Assembly (NCBI GenBank): GCA_013239625.1
Contig: MU054117.1
Location: 2,976,011 to 3,040,010, forward strand
Source: Lama guanicoe
Taxonomy: Eukaryota
DNA length: 64,000 nt
Direction of reading: 5' to 3'
Shown here: positions 50,771 through 64,000 of the stretch, piece after piece
Layout: each line of letters starts with the position of its first letter
How positions within the stretch are numbered: position 1 is the first letter of the stretch
Notes under the pieces: generated by a model
The model's input: only the letters and a program-made list of their open reading frames with translations
The model's database searches: none
What the model was told of the DNA's origin: nothing
Program-made: the position numbers and the translations under genes

Positions 50771-51114
50771 CGGAACCCGGCCTCAGACTTCCTTGTCAAT
50801 GACTTCATCATCTTGTTTCTATCAAGTGACTCATGTGCACATTATTTTTGAAAAGTTTTAAACATTCTTGGGTAGAGATTGCGATGAAGAGGACGTCATA
50901 AGAAAAGGGGCAAAGAGGTGAGTCAAGGAAGATGAAACTTTATCTGGGATGTGGCTTTCTGTCCTCATTCTTCAAGGGTTTTTTAAAAATTAATAATTTA
51001 AATGTGCACAAATTAATAAATGAAAATATTCTCCTTGCAGAAAATCCTGGTAATGTCTTGTCTTCCTTCCTCAGGGTTACCCGATGCTGATCACTTACTG
51101 TGCGTCTTTCAGAC

Positions 51115-51173
51115 TGTGTGTGTGTGTGTGCGTGCGCACGTGTGCATGTATGCACGCACGTGTGTGTGTGTGT
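51115..51173. repeat. (TG)n-based alternating purine-pyrimidine tract
   Basis: Directly visible. Confidence 0.9.
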
Positions 51174-52984
51174 TTACTCACACATACAAACACATATAAT
51201 TACTGGTGATTTGTTAAAAATTATATTTCCTGCTTCTTTGACTTTCCCTTTTTTACAAAGAATATGTGCTCCTTGGGTAATTTGGAAAATATTTGTTTTA
51301 AATTTGATCATTTAAAGTGCCCATCCATTTCCAGGAGCGCTGTGACCTGGGATGTCTCCGCCGCCTTGTCTGGGCCACAGTTTCCTCTTGGTAAAGTGTA
51401 GGCGGAAGGCTCCCTCCTCGCGGGGCTGCTGTTAGTGGTGCTGCTTGGCGCTGCAAGAAGGACCACGCACAGTGCCTGAGCTCAGCGAAGTGGGGTTACT
51501 CTGTATTCGTGTCTGGAAACTCTCTCTAAGGAATGCTTTGGGATGATGTTCTGGATTTCTCCTTCATGTCTTAAAGCGAACTGGCTGCTGAGAAATGGAA
51601 ACCAGGACCCCCTTGGAGCAAGAGCGGCAGATTTAATTCCGCGTTTGCCTTGTGTATTTTAACCAAACAACAAAGCCAGTGACTTAGAGTCTCAGATCAG
51701 CTGTGCAGTTAACTCCTCACGGGCCCTGTTCTCTCTTCTCTTACTGTTCGCACAGTTTGCCCATTTTACTGTGAGAGACCAAGAGAGCAAGAGGGACCTA
51801 GTTAGAGCTTTTCTGCTGAAAACAGCCAGAAAATTTTGGAAGGATGTATTTGAAGGAAACGGTTAAGATAAATATTTGGCTTCTGGGTTCTATCTTTAGT
51901 AGAAAAGGAAATGGGAAATAGGAAAGCAGCCTTAACACGGCATACACACAGCAACACGTGCGCTCGGCTGCGTCACACTGTCCCCTCGGCCACGCTGTGA
52001 CCCAGGTGGGTCACACGTGGGAGTGTCTCACCGAGGCCATCCAGGACGCCCTGTCACACCCAGCTCTGGGCCCAGGACAGGCTCGCCTCACATTCATCCC
52101 CGTTCAGGGGGGCAGCAGGACACACAGGCAGCACTGCGCCGAGCGCTCCTGAAGCCCCTCAAATTGTATAGAATTCCTCATCAGTTTACACTGCTTTTTC
52201 CTCCACAAGCTACAGTACAGAAGTCATTAACCTCCAGTTAATCTTGGGGAGGAAGAAGAGCAGAGAAAATACAATGATGCTGTGCAGCATCACAGCTGGC
52301 GGCTCAGAGAGATTACAGAATCGCCTGAGGCCTCCCTGAGCTGCCGGCCCCACCGCCTCCTCCTCCCGTCAGGCAGTGGTCCCTCTGGCCTCGGAGCCAA
52401 AGTGACTGCTCTGCTCCACAGATGCTACTTCTTTTTCAGAGACTCAGCTCGTAAGACTCACTGATGGTTTTCCACAAGTTTATCCTCCACAGGAGTGGCT
52501 CTTCTGTGTCATCAGGCTCAAAGAGTTCAGTCGCGCTCAAATGAAAACCTTTAAAATACTGTAACCATAGTAGTAATGAGGGTAGGACATTCACACAGGG
52601 AGAAAGGGAGCGTGCACCAGCTGTCCGTTCTGAGGTGGCAATGGATGTGAGTCAGCTGAGTAAATCAGATCGGCCAGTACGCCGTCCTCTGCCTTGATTT
52701 ACCAGTTTTTAACTGGCTGACAGTGACACCGACTGCACATCAGGCTGTGGAGGAAAAAAGCTGGTGAGAAGTGGACAGGCTTTCTGTAAAGTTTCAAGTC
52801 TGGTGAGTATGCTGGTGCCACATGTCGACACTGCTAGCTCCTCCAGTGGGAGTATTTACAGAGCCTGGGAGCATCAGCTTGAAAGGCCACATGGAAAATG
52901 AGTTTACAGTCAAAATTCTGATCTATAGGAGAAAAATAATGCCGCCTTCCCAACTGGTTAAACCCTTTCTGATGAGTTTACTAA

Positions 52985-53170
52985 AATAAACAAAATGTAA
53001 TTTATTTTTAATATTTTTATAAAGTTTTATATTTAAAACTGTATTAAATATACATTTTATCTATTTTATATTTATATTTAAGTATATTTATATTTAAAAG
53101 TACAAAATATATTTTATCTATTTTATATTTAAAATATAATGTTTTAAAATCTTATTTTAAATATAATTTA
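52985..53170. repeat. AT-rich low-complexity tract with duplicated 21-mer
   Basis: ATTTTATCTATTTTATATTTA at 53054-53074 and 53111-53131. Confidence 0.85.
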
Positions 53171-55076
53171 GTGTAAACATAACACCTTGAGGAAATAATA
53201 GTTGGTAATGAAAACTTCCTTGTCTCTTATAGGAAAAAGGTCCAAAACCTGACAGCAAAAGTTTAAAAACAGAGTGGAACTTCTGGAATGACACAGTGGG
53301 GTGCAGCAGGCCCTCTCCCCAGTAAAACTACATTTTAACTGGTGAACGTTATTTAAGACGACAACATTCAGAGTCTCTGAAAATCGTCCTAAGAGCATAC
53401 GGCAAATGGAGAAATAGTATTCAAGAAAATCTACTAAATCTCAGAACAGGCAAGAGTCTGGCAACTGAGGCCAGACCTGCTCCGCGAGCCTGCCTCGGCC
53501 AGGTGTGCCCCAGGGCTCCACCTCGGGCGTGTGCAGACAGGGCCACGGGCTCCCTTTCCCTCCAGCTCCCGGTCTGGGGCCAGGTACACGCTGGACGGCG
53601 CAGGCTGCCCAGGGGCGCAGCAGGTCTCTTCCGGGCAGGGCAGCACAGGGGCCCGTCTCCTTTCCCCTCACCGGTCCCCAGGCGTCTGGTGGAAGCCCTA
53701 GTCCAGGCCCAGCCGGCCCTGCACGCGGGGCCCTGGCTGCTACCACCCCGTCTGCAATAAGGGTAGCGGTCTCACGGCAGGCGGAGTAGGTCAGCAAGAC
53801 CATGGGCCACCCCCCACCAACCAGTGCCCACTCAGAGTGGGGTGTCACTCTAGGAGGAGTGGGCTCCCACCTCCAGCTCCAGGTGCAGTGACACAGTGGA
53901 AAGGCAAGCCCTAAGGACAAAGGCCCATCTCTCTGCCGGAGGGGACTACGCCGAACACAGAGGAGAGAACCTCGTGCTAACAGCACTGTCAGAAAAACGG
54001 GAAATGGGCCCGAAGCTGGGACACAGGGAACCTGGGGCAGCCGGGAAGAGCCCTCCTGCGCTGACCGTCAGCCGTGGGCATCGGGAAGGCTGATGCTGAC
54101 GAGCTCCGGCTGCATCCACTGCACGCACCCAGGAGCGGTCAGAGGTCACGTGGCAGACGCGACTACACTCCCAAGGCTGCACACGGATCCATCAACGCCG
54201 GGTGGGAGCCCCACTGGCACAAGGGGCTTAAACATAACCTCTGACCAAGCATGGCCTGACCCACGACTGTCCTTTCTCCACTGATCTGACTTGTATACAA
54301 AGTCAGTTGTCTATATGTCTGTGGGCCTATTTCTGGACCCTCTATTCTGTGCCATTTTCTCTACCTTGATAGCCATACCACACTGCCTTGAGTACTGTGG
54401 TTTCATACTGACTCATGAAATCAGGTCATGTTAGCACTCCAAAATTTGTCCTCCTTTCCCAGCACGGCTTCGACTAGTCTAGGTCCTTTCAGTTGTGATT
54501 GGGGTTGAGTAGTGATCTATTGGAAGAACTGCCATTAACAATATTGAGTATTCCAACCCATGATCGAGGTGTATCTCGTGACTCATTTGGGTATGTTTTC
54601 ACTGTTTTCAGTGATGTTTTGTAGTTTTCAGTGTACAGATCCTGCACATCATTTATGCAAGGTTCACGACCGGGTATTTCATATTTTTCAGGCTACTGTA
54701 AGTGAAACTGCATTTTAAATGTCCATTTCTGATTGAGTGTTGCTAGTATATAGAGATACATTGATTTGGGGGTATGGTTCCTGTATCCAGCAACCTTACT
54801 AAACTCACTCACTAGTTCTAGGAGATTTTTGGACATTCCATCAGATTTTCCACATAGGCATCATATATAAACATAAACATAGCTTGCTTGCTTGCTTCTA
54901 GCACATGTTTCTTTTTTGCGCTTTCTTTTTCTTGCCGTATTGCACGGGTTATAATCTCCAGTGCCATGCTGAGTAAAGAACGGGCACCGTATCCTTGTTC
55001 CTGATCTTAGTGGGAAAGCATGCAGTCTTTTGCTATTAAGTTGGATATTAGATAGAGGTATTCTACAGATGTCCCT

Positions 55077-55685
55077 TGTGTCAGGGGTCCCCAAGATCAC
55101 CACCAGGCTCACAAGAGAAGAACTCACAGGACCCAGAAGTTGTTCTATGCATGGTTACAGTTTATTACAGTAAACGTACACAGAGTAAAATAAATACATA
55201 TACATATATGTATACAGAGGGAAAAGTAGGTGGGGCGAAGCCCAGAGAAAACCACATCCAAGCTCCCAAGTGTCTGCTCCCAGTGGAGTCACACAGGATA
55301 CACTGAATTTGCCCAGCAACCATGTGTGACAAGTACAGTGCTGCCAACCAGGGATGGTCACCTGAGCACAGGTATGCAGGATTTTTATTGGGAGTTGGTC
55401 ATGTAAGCATACAGCGTCTGTGTGAATGAGCTCGTTGCCAAAGCCCCAGACCTCCAGAGGGAGGGCAAGAACCCACCATAAGTCACACTGCTAGTATAAA
55501 CTATCTGGGCAAACTGGTAGAGCATGGCTGAAGGCCTCGGGCATGTAAATACACTCACTCGACAAATCACTCCAAGAGTTCAGTTCTCTGGAGCTGGACA
55601 AAGGGTCGTCATGGAAATAGGCCTTTCTTGAGAACGTGCAGGGTCTGAGTAACCCAGGCCTGCTGACTTAAGCCTTTTCTCCTCA
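55077..55685. mobile_element. solo LTR (MER77/MER68/MER21C-like) inserted in L1
   Basis: TG...CA ends, 4-bp TSD CCCT (55073-55076, 55686-55689); TGTCAGGGGTCCCCAAGATCACC...CCCAGTGGAGTCACACAGGA; L1 resumes in register. Confidence 0.8.
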
Positions 55686-57371
55686 CCCTTCATCAGGCTA
55701 AGAAAGTTCTCCTGTAGTCCTAGGTTGCTCAGAGTTTTTATCAGGAATAGATACTGGATTCTGTCCAGTGTTTTTCCTGCACGCATTGAAATAATCATAT
55801 GGTTTTTCATTTTAGTTTGTTTGTATGATGAGCTATACTGACTGCTGTTCAAATATGAAACCAACCTTGCATTGTGGGGATAAACACCATTCGGTAATGA
55901 TGCATTAACCTTCTGATATATTGTTAGGTTTGATTTGCTACAATTTTGTTTAGAATTTTTCATCTATGTTCATTACTAATACTGGTCTGTAGTTATCTGG
56001 TAATGTCTTTGCCTGTTTTTGGTATCGGGGTAATGACAGCTTCATAGAGTGAGTTGTGAAGTATTACCTTCTCTTCAATTTTCTGAAAGTTCGTGCAGAA
56101 TTGGTATTATTTCTTCCTTCACTGTTTGTTAGAATTTACCAGTGAAACCACTGAGCCTAGGGTTTCCTTTGTGGAAATTGCACACATTTAAGTTCTTTGG
56201 TAGCTATTGGGCTGTCCGTGTTGGTTGTTTCTTCTCGAGGGAGCTGTGGTAGTTTGTCTTACAGAGAACGTGCCCATGTCATCGCAGCTGCCGTACTGAT
56301 TGACATTAAGTTCTTCATAACATTCTCTTCCTCCTGTGATTCTTTAATGCTTGTAGAATACATCGTGATGTTCTCGCCTTCATTCTCAAGACTGGTAGTT
56401 TGTATTCTCTTCTTACTTTTTCTTTTGGATTCATTGATTTTCTCTGTTGTTTTCATTTTAGTGATTTTCACTCTAGTTTCTTTGCACCTGCTTGAGTTTA
56501 ATTTGCTCTTCTTTTCTCTCTTCTTAAGGAGGAAGCTGCAGTCATTGATTAGTGACATTTGTTCTTTTCTGACATAAGCATCAGTACAGCTGTAAATTTC
56601 CCCCAAGTACTGGTTTAGCAACATACCACAAATTCAATGTCTTCATACTTTCTTTTTCCCCTTTTTATTTCTCCAACCTATGAGTTATTTTCAAGTGTGC
56701 TATTTATTTACCAATACTTGAGGACTTTACAGATCTAATTGAATTTTACTTTAATTCCATTTTAATCAGATAGCATACTTTATATAATCGGAATTCTTTT
56801 AAATGTATTGAGACTTCTTTTATGGCCCAAAATACGGTCTATCTTGTTAAATTTTCTCTGTGTAGTTGAAAAAAATGTGTATTCAGCTGCTGTTGGGTAT
56901 AATGGGCTACAAATACCAATTAGGTCAAATTGGGTGACAATGCTGTTCAAGTCTTCTATGCCTGGCTCACTTCTGTCTGCTCACTCAGTCCATCACTGAG
57001 AAAGGAGCATTACAGTCCCCACCTAACAGATAATTCTGACGGGATCATCCACCTCTCCTTACAGCTCTGTTAGTTTTGCTTCAAGTATCTTGAAGATCTG
57101 TTATTAGGTATATAAGTATTTAGGATTGTTACTGATTAACTCGCTTCTTTATCATCAGGAAATGATACTCTTTATCATGAATAATACCATTATTTCTGAA
57201 ATCTACATTAATATTAATATACCACTCAAGCTTTCTCTTGACTAGTGTTAGCACTGTATGTCTCTTTCCATTTCGTTTTATCCTATTTGTGTCCTTAAAT
57301 TCAAAGTGTGTTACTTGTAGGCAAGTTACTTACAGTTGGGTCTTGTCATCCACTCTGACAATCTGTCTTCT

Positions 57372-57576
57372 TTTTTTATTATTGAACTATAGTCAGTTTG
57401 CAATGCTGTGTCAGTTTCTGGTGTACAGCATAACGTTTCAGTCATACATGAACATACATGTGTTCCTTTTCATATTCTTTTTCATTACAGGTTACTACAA
57501 GATATTGAATATAGTTCCCTATGCTACATAGTAGAAACTTTTGTTTATCTACTTTATATATAGTAGATAGTATTTG
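57372..57576 (-). mobile_element. young L1 3'-end insertion nested in old L1
   Basis: Same family as 17177-17698; TSD CAATCTG(T/C)CTTCT at 57359-57371 and 57577-57589. Confidence 0.85.
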
Positions 57577-57840
57577 CAATCTGCCTTCTAACTGGGGTGT
57601 GGAGAGCATTTACTTTGGTATGATTATTGATATGGTTAGGTTTAAGCTTATCATCTTGCTATTTGCTTTCTATTTGTCCCATCTGTTCTTTGTTCCCCTT
57701 GTCATTTTCTATCGTCTTTTGGATTGAGTACTTTAAGGGTTCCACTTTATCTCTTTTGGTGCCTTTCCACACACTCTAAAACCCACTCTAATTGAGCTTT
57801 TCTAGCTTCTGGCACAGTAACTCCCACCACCCTCTCTCAC

Positions 57841-57841
57841 T

Positions 57842-57878
<37 letters not shown>
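57841..57878. repeat. (CT)n(CA)n compound microsatellite
   Basis: Directly visible. Confidence 0.9.
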
Positions 57879-57879
<1 letters not shown>

Positions 57880-58169
57880 GGCACTTGCTAGGATCTCCAA
57901 TGAGCTTCACATTACTAAATCCTAGCACTTTGGTTCCTATCTAACTTGACCTCTCAGTAACATTTCAGGTTACCCTCTGTCCTGAATTACTCTTTTCTTG
58001 GTTTCCATGAAATCACATCCTCCAGATCATCTTAGCCCTTGGCTACAAATTCTCAATCCTTTGCACTTTGACTTCTACTCAGCCTGTAACTCTTAGGGCT
58101 CCTGGGGCTCAGCCTTAGCCCCTTTTTGTCTTTCTCAACACCATCAAAACCTGGTCCTCAAGAATTAGG

Positions 58170-59988
58170 AAGTGGTTCACAGGCATTTTCAGGGGAAAAA
58201 ATTATGAAAGAAATCTGTTCACATACAGGTTGCAAAGCTGAAATATAATATTAATAACAATTTTCACAAAAGTTCTTTTTTTAAGTCACCAACTCACTGT
58301 AATACCTCATTACATTCAGTCTGTATTAATCAGTTCATATCAGTGAGTGTTCAGCAAATACGATGATGTAAAACCAAAGAAACTGTCACATAATTTTCAA
58401 ATCCACATCAATTGGCTTTGTTGACAAGGACAGAGAAGAGACCAAGACTGTGAGGCGTTCTCTGGCTAACACAGCTAGAAGTCTTGATAGTGCTGAGAAG
58501 CTGTCCATCCGAATTTAATGCCCAGTTTTACCACTGAGTAGAAAAACAAGCTACTGACAATACCCTTTTATTGAATGACTCTGTTGGAAGTCACAGCTTA
58601 TCAGTGACACATGATATGGAAGAGTGATTATTACTATTTGAGTGTCTTGATGTTTATTTAGTTTTAAAACTGAACAAAGTGCTTGTGAGAAAATGCTGAC
58701 CAGCTCTCGCGGAGTACAGCCAGTACGCAACGCGGCAGGGGTGCTCGACGTTGCGTTCCCTTTATCAGTGAAGGCCCGTGTACAAGGGAAGGTGGTTTTC
58801 ATTCAGGCAATGATACTTCTGTGAGCTCGGACAGAGGGTGAAAAGAGAGGAAAAGGTGATGCTAGGTTCCCAAAAGATGTCTAAACATGTGGGACAGCAT
58901 GAAGTCAACAGTGCGCCTCCTGCGAACATATGTATGTATGTACATGACCGGGACGCTGCGCTGGACACCAGAAACTGGCACGCTGTTAAGGGACTGCACT
59001 TCAATAATTAATTAATTAAGTTACAAAAAGAACACACAATGTGCCTCCTGATTGTAACTGAGTGTTGGAGGGAACAGTGAGAACTGAACACCAGCAAGTC
59101 CTCATGACTCAGAGTGTGTCCTCCCAGACGCTGAGGAGAGAGACGGCGGTGCTGGCAACGATACTCTGCCCACACAAGTCTACTGGCTGCAAGGTCAAGA
59201 GGGCTGACAAGAGCTTCTGAAAGGAGGGACGAGATAAAAATATTTCTTCACGGTGCTGAAAATACCGAGTCATTCTCGATTTCCAGAAGTGTATAGCTGA
59301 AATAAATTCAGCATCTTAAATTAACCTGAACCTACTCCTTTAAGACCAAAATACCCAAATTTTTAACGCTGAGAATAAGATATCAGGCTTCTCAGTCACC
59401 AAACGATGCTGTGAATGGCTCAGCTGCTAGGGGGTGAGTCCTTCCCCGAATCTGATGGTTCTCTGCTCGTCAGAGGGTGAGCCTGACTCATTGCTGCGGA
59501 TACAGACAGAATACAGCCAGCATTACAGCAAACACGAACAGACACTTTCCAGATGCTGAAGTAATCAGAGCATCCACTTGCTCCCATCTTCCAAACATTC
59601 AGGCTGCTTAAAACATCCACCCCTACAATTATTTAATATTTTAAACCTATCAGTGTGGCATCTGACAGAGCACTAGGAACAGTCTCCCAGTAATTCCTCA
59701 GTCCGGTATTCCAAAACCTCTGACGGGGCCAGCGAACACGAGCTGCAAATCTTGACAATCTATAACACAGTGTGGGATTTCCTGATTTACCAGAAATAGA
59801 GGGTAAAAGATCAAAGTGCCTGGGTCTAACCCACACCTCAAGCTATCTATCAAGTTAGAAATGTACTCTGTAAGAGGCCGCAAAAACACCATCTTTTTAA
59901 CAATAAAAACATTAATCATTTAAAAAATACTGCATTATTGTTTAAAGCCAGTGATCTGCATGGGTGCTGAAAATTTGAGAAACACTGT
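58170..59988 (-). mobile_element. hAT-superfamily DNA transposon relic with decayed transposase
   Basis: TIR-like CAGTGTTTCTCAAA on minus at 59988; minus frame 58505-58401 reads DSFSALSRLLAVLARERLTVLVSSLSLSTKPIDVD, resembling the hAT C-terminal dimerisation motif; left boundary approximate. Confidence 0.55.
58923..59035 (+). mobile_element. very short L1 3'-end insertion
   Basis: ACATATGTATGTATG...CTGGACACCAGAAACTGGCAC...CTTCAATAA; TSD ACAGTGCGCCTCCTG / ACAATGTGCCTCCTG. Confidence 0.8.
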
Positions 59989-60390
59989 CCCAGGGATCTC
60001 ACTGACTTTGATGAATTTAACAGCCATCTATCTATTTAGGCTGAGGACAAAACTGCAATTTCTAGCCCAGCCTTCTCTGAGCTCGACTCCCTTATCTGAC
60101 TGCCTCTGTGACTCATTACGGGAATGTCTCACAGGCACCCTCAACCTGTAACAGGCCCCACCAAACTCCTGGCCCCCTCCATGTCTCGCTGTGTTCCAGT
60201 CTCCCCATCTCAGAAAAGACGCTCCTCTTCCCAGCTGCCTGTGCCAGAAACTCGGCCCCCATCACTCCCAGTGCAGCCGGGGCTGGCCCACTCCCCTCTC
60301 TCCCTACTCAGTCCAGGTCACCTTCCCTCTACCCTGGACGACACTGGAGCTTCCTTGGGGTCTTCCAATGGCCTTTCTGATGCCCTTCAG

Positions 60391-60869
60391 TGTAAGTTTT
60401 CAACTGCCGCTGAAGCAAATGGCCACCAACGCCGTGGCTCACAGCAACACAACCTACAACTGCACAGCCCCGCTGGTCTGACGTGGGACTCGCTGGGCTG
60501 AAATCAAGGCGGGCTTGCCCCCTTCCGGCGGCCGTCCCGGGGGAACCTGCTTCCTTGGCTTTTCCAGCTTCTAAAAGCCACCTGCGCTCCTTGCTTTGCA
60601 GCTCCCTTCATCTCCGAAGCCAGCACCGCTGTGTCTCATCGATAGTCTTCCATGGCCACACGTCCCTCGACTCATTTCTGTCTTCATCTTATGCTTTTAA
60701 GGACTCTTGTGTTTGAATTGGGCCCACCTGGATAATCCAAGATATTCTCCCTGCCATCTGTCAGCCGATTAGCAATCTTAATTCCTCTTTGCTGTGTCAC
60801 CTAACACACCGCAGTTTCCGGTGATGAGGACGTGGGTATCTCTGGGAAGCCGCTACCCTGCCTAGCACA
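60391..60869 (-). mobile_element. MaLR LTR (MLT1-type)
   Basis: GGGCTGAAATCAAGG, TTTTCCAGCTTCTAAAAGCCACCTGC, TTTTAAGGACTCTTGTG...TTGGGCCCACCTGGATAATCCA, ends CTGCCTAGCACA. Confidence 0.85.
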
Positions 60870-63800
60870 CCCTCTAGTACACAATTCATTTTCCACACAG
60901 CAGTCAGAATGATCTTTTTCAAAACACAGGTATGTTCATGTCACTTCCTATGTAAGACCCTTTGATGGCCCCGACTCGTCCAAGAACAAAGTTAAAATCC
61001 TAAAAAAGTGCCACAAAGCCACGCACGGCCTATTCCTACTTACCTACTGGCCCCGACTCCTGGTTCACCGTGTTCCAGCCACACTCGGCTTCTCTCTCAA
61101 GCTCCTCTCTCCCTCAGGGCCTTTGCTCCTGCAATTTCTGCTGTCTGAACAGCCCTCCTCGCCTCCCTCCCAACCTTTATCTGGCTAACTCTGGTTCAGC
61201 CCTTCAGATCTCTGTGAAAGTAACTCTCGCCGGATGGCCTGACTTGTCCTCCCCACCCAGGGCCAGCTCCTCCTGTTACACATTTCATTGTCCTCTTCTC
61301 CTTGCAGAGCATTTTACTACAGTTGCAGTTCAACGCTACTGTGCGATTACTGGCTCACTATCTGCCTCCCTGCACCAGGCTGCAAACCCATGAGTGCTGG
61401 GGCCTATTCGGTTCTGCTCACCACTGTAAGCCCGGAACTGACTGGCTTACAGCAGGTGCTGAATAAATAAACCAGGGCATCAGACAGTCTTTCCCAAGCA
61501 GGTCTAGCTCTAGGAGGGGAACTGCGTAAGCCAAGGCCCTGGGCATGCTGCCTGAGCCCCAGGCCGGGGGCCACGCTCGGAACAACGCCTCGCCCCCACT
61601 TCAGACCTTTACCACAAACACCTGTCTCCAGACTGGTCCCAACTCTGGTTTCTCCCCGATCCTGAAAGCTCTTAGCCTCACTCCTTAGCCTTGCTGTGAC
61701 CACCATGCCAGCCCCGGAAGGCCACATGGTTTCTGTCCTTCTGCTCACAGGCTGGAAAAGTTCTGAACACACGGGAGCTGGTGTGGCAAAAATGCAGCTC
61801 AGGAGTCCCTCCTTGAGCGCCGACTCCCTGCGACTCTTCCCACAGGCTCTTTCCCACTCACTTTAAATCCTGTATCCTAAGTGAGATTGGAAGGAGTGTA
61901 TGTCCTGGAATCAGAAAGTTCTGGGTTTAGAACCCGGCTGTGTCCTCATTCAGAAAGCACGTCACACTTTGAACTTTAGTACTATCACTAAAAAGGAGGA
62001 CAATTTACTGGTCCCCACGTCACTGAGGTGCTGGGGGGCCTCCACACGGCCCCGCCCCAGCCGCTGGGCACTGGGCCGCCACGCTTCTCTCTGAGCTCAG
62101 CTAAGCCCACGACCAGCACGTTTACAGGGGAAGCCAGGAGGGCCAGGCTGTCGGTCACGAACCCCCGAGCGCATGCTGCTCCGGGAACACATCTCCATAG
62201 ACACTACTAGAAAGTTCTCTAGAACTTTCACGGCCAGGAGCACATCCTGCCGCCGCCCTCCTCCCGCCTAGGGGTATGTCTGTAACATACACCACCCGCT
62301 CAGACAAGAGGCCCCGCAGGGGTCGGCGGCCACCCCACCCCCCTGACAGCCCTCCGGCCTCGGCCTCGGCCTCGGACGGACGAGGTCCTCGCAGGGACGA
62401 CCGCCAGACATGCACGTTCTCCACTCATTCTCCACCCAAGCCGCGCTGGCTGTTCTCTCTCACTTCAGTGGGCTCTGGTCATTTTGCTTCCCCTGACCTT
62501 CCCATAAGACCCCTTGTGTAACTCCAACACCTAGCTCAAGTGTAACTTACGTCAATAAACCCTCCTGGTCCCCCAGACACCCTCTGGCAACACCTTCTCC
62601 ACCCAAACTTGATCTCCAGGCCCTTGAGGTCCGTGTTCACTGCCCCTCTAGTGTCTAGAGCGGTGTATTATAGGCAGTCGGTGCTTGTTCAGTATTTGCT
62701 GACTGACTGAGTGAATGCTGACTTGATGTCTGGGGGAGACACTAACTCCTGGAGGGACGACCAGCAGAGCTGCCCGTCCCCCAGCTCAGAAAAGGGACCG
62801 GGACTGAAGACGGGCACTGGGGAGGCACAGCTGCCACCTAGAAAGCTGCAGCCTCGGGGCCCACCCAGGAAGGACGTGCTGAGAGGACAAACTGGCTGCG
62901 GGAGGCGACTTCAGGCGCAGAAGGAGACAGCGCAGCCAGGTCAAAACTATGATTCAGGGATAAATCATAGGAAGGAGAAGGAAGCCAAGGAGCACAGCCC
63001 CAGGAGATCCAAAGAAAGAGCCTGTGGGAAAACACCTCTCACGGCATGAATGCTGCAGACAGACAGAAGAGACTAGGGGCGGCCCGGTGGCGCTGTGTGG
63101 TGGCTCCGCAGTTCTTGGTGGCCTCCCGGCAAGTCAGGTGCTGGAGCGGACGCAGGGCTGGGGCTGAGGGATGGGCAGGAATGACAAAACGTGTGGGACT
63201 AGTCCCTCAAGAGGCGGGACAGAGAAAGGAGAGAACGGCAGCGCCAAGGGAGTCCACGAGCAGCTGTGAACATAAAGTAAGAGAGAAAACGCTGGCCCAG
63301 CAGGCGGAGCTCGGCACCGAGGCAGCAGCGTCATCACGGCTCCCACCGAGCGGCAGGACGGAGGCAGCGAGGACACGGACCTAGTGTAGACCTGCGGCTC
63401 ACCCACCTGCGCGGTCTCTCACCCACCTGCGCGGTCTCGGGCGCGCCGTTCCCTCCTCCCTTGGCTAACCCAGAGAAAAGGAATCTGGGGAGAGTTCATC
63501 ACTCTCCATAAGGTAAGAGTTTATTACTGCAATAGATGATTTGTTACTTTTACAGACGTTTGTCATTTTTCATTTTCGCTCATCAGAGAGAAGCTGTAAT
63601 ACTGGTGTACTCACTCTAATTCGAGCAAAGGATAAGACAGTGGCAGAAACAGAGAAAGGCAGGACCAAGTCAGGGTGCGCAGAGGCAAGGCACCGATGGC
63701 GTCCCCTCCAGCTCCTGTCTACAGATCTTGCCCTTCTCCTAAACCGGAGACGTCAGTCAGGGCCACCTCCCCTAGGCGGGCGAGAACGGCCAGGAGGCCG

Positions 63801-64000
63801 GTTTACACCAGAGCCGAGCGCCTGCTGCTCAGTCAGTCTGTCTGCCTTGCGGTGGTGGGGGGAGGCTCAAGCTCACTCCATGGTGTCTGGTCAGTGAAAG
63901 GCTGGAGGAGAAGCATCGCTGACCTCATGACTGCCTTGAAAAATACAATAAAATTGTGTCCTGAGATAAAGCTTATTTATAGCTCCTTGATGATGGTATT

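Larger units (their letters stand above)
54290..57760 (-). mobile_element. old L1 (ORF2 region) in PARP11 intron 1, with nested insertions
   Basis: Minus ORFs 55580-55963 (…KNHMIISM.A.K..D.IQ..F.IKTL..LG…, RT remnant), 54861-55127 (…AFPLRSGTR…) and 56259-56624. Confidence 0.9.
57770..61470 (+). mobile_element. fragmented L2 (about 57770-58150, 59990-60385, 60870-61470) interrupted by later insertions
   Basis: L2 landmarks CTTGACCTCTCAGTAACATTT, GAATGTCTCACAGGCACCCTCAAC, CCACACAGCAGTCAGAATGATCTTT and 3' end CAGCAGGTGCTGAATAAATA. Confidence 0.75.

Noticed and set aside
49909..64000. PARP11 first coding exon and promoter
   Set aside because: No exon matching the recalled MWEANP-type N-terminus and no clear promoter island found; probably beyond the window
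1..64000. CRISPR arrays, operons or other prokaryotic systems
   Set aside because: Sequence is mammalian; no regularly spaced repeat-spacer structure seen

Overview
Mammalian genomic DNA, probably camelid (inferred from recurrent tRNA-derived SINEs of the camelid type and artiodactyl-type L1 3' ends). The only protein-coding gene I can support is PARP11 (mono-ADP-ribosyltransferase, WWE + PARP catalytic domain) on the minus strand. Seven coding exons lie between 49908 and 36602 with canonical GT-AG junctions and an intact frame (999 nt including stop). The short first coding exon appears to lie beyond the right edge. A CpG-rich promoter/first-exon-like element on the minus strand at about 3.0-3.3 kb may be the 5' end of CRACR2A, by synteny recalled from human. 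The rest is mostly transposon debris (L1, L2, MIR, LTRs, hAT and Tigger relics, SINEs). The most unusual item is a near-perfect tRNA-Lys(CTT) gene with its own leader, terminator and trailer (691-763, minus) nested inside a more diverged SINE. Also notable are three co-oriented CTCF-like motifs at 24.8/26.8/29.2 kb, apparent AT-to-GC drift in old repeats and in PARP11, and an L1 insertion with a probable 3' transduction. Repeat family names and comparisons to human are from memory, not from a search. Most ORFs in the supplied track are spurious.
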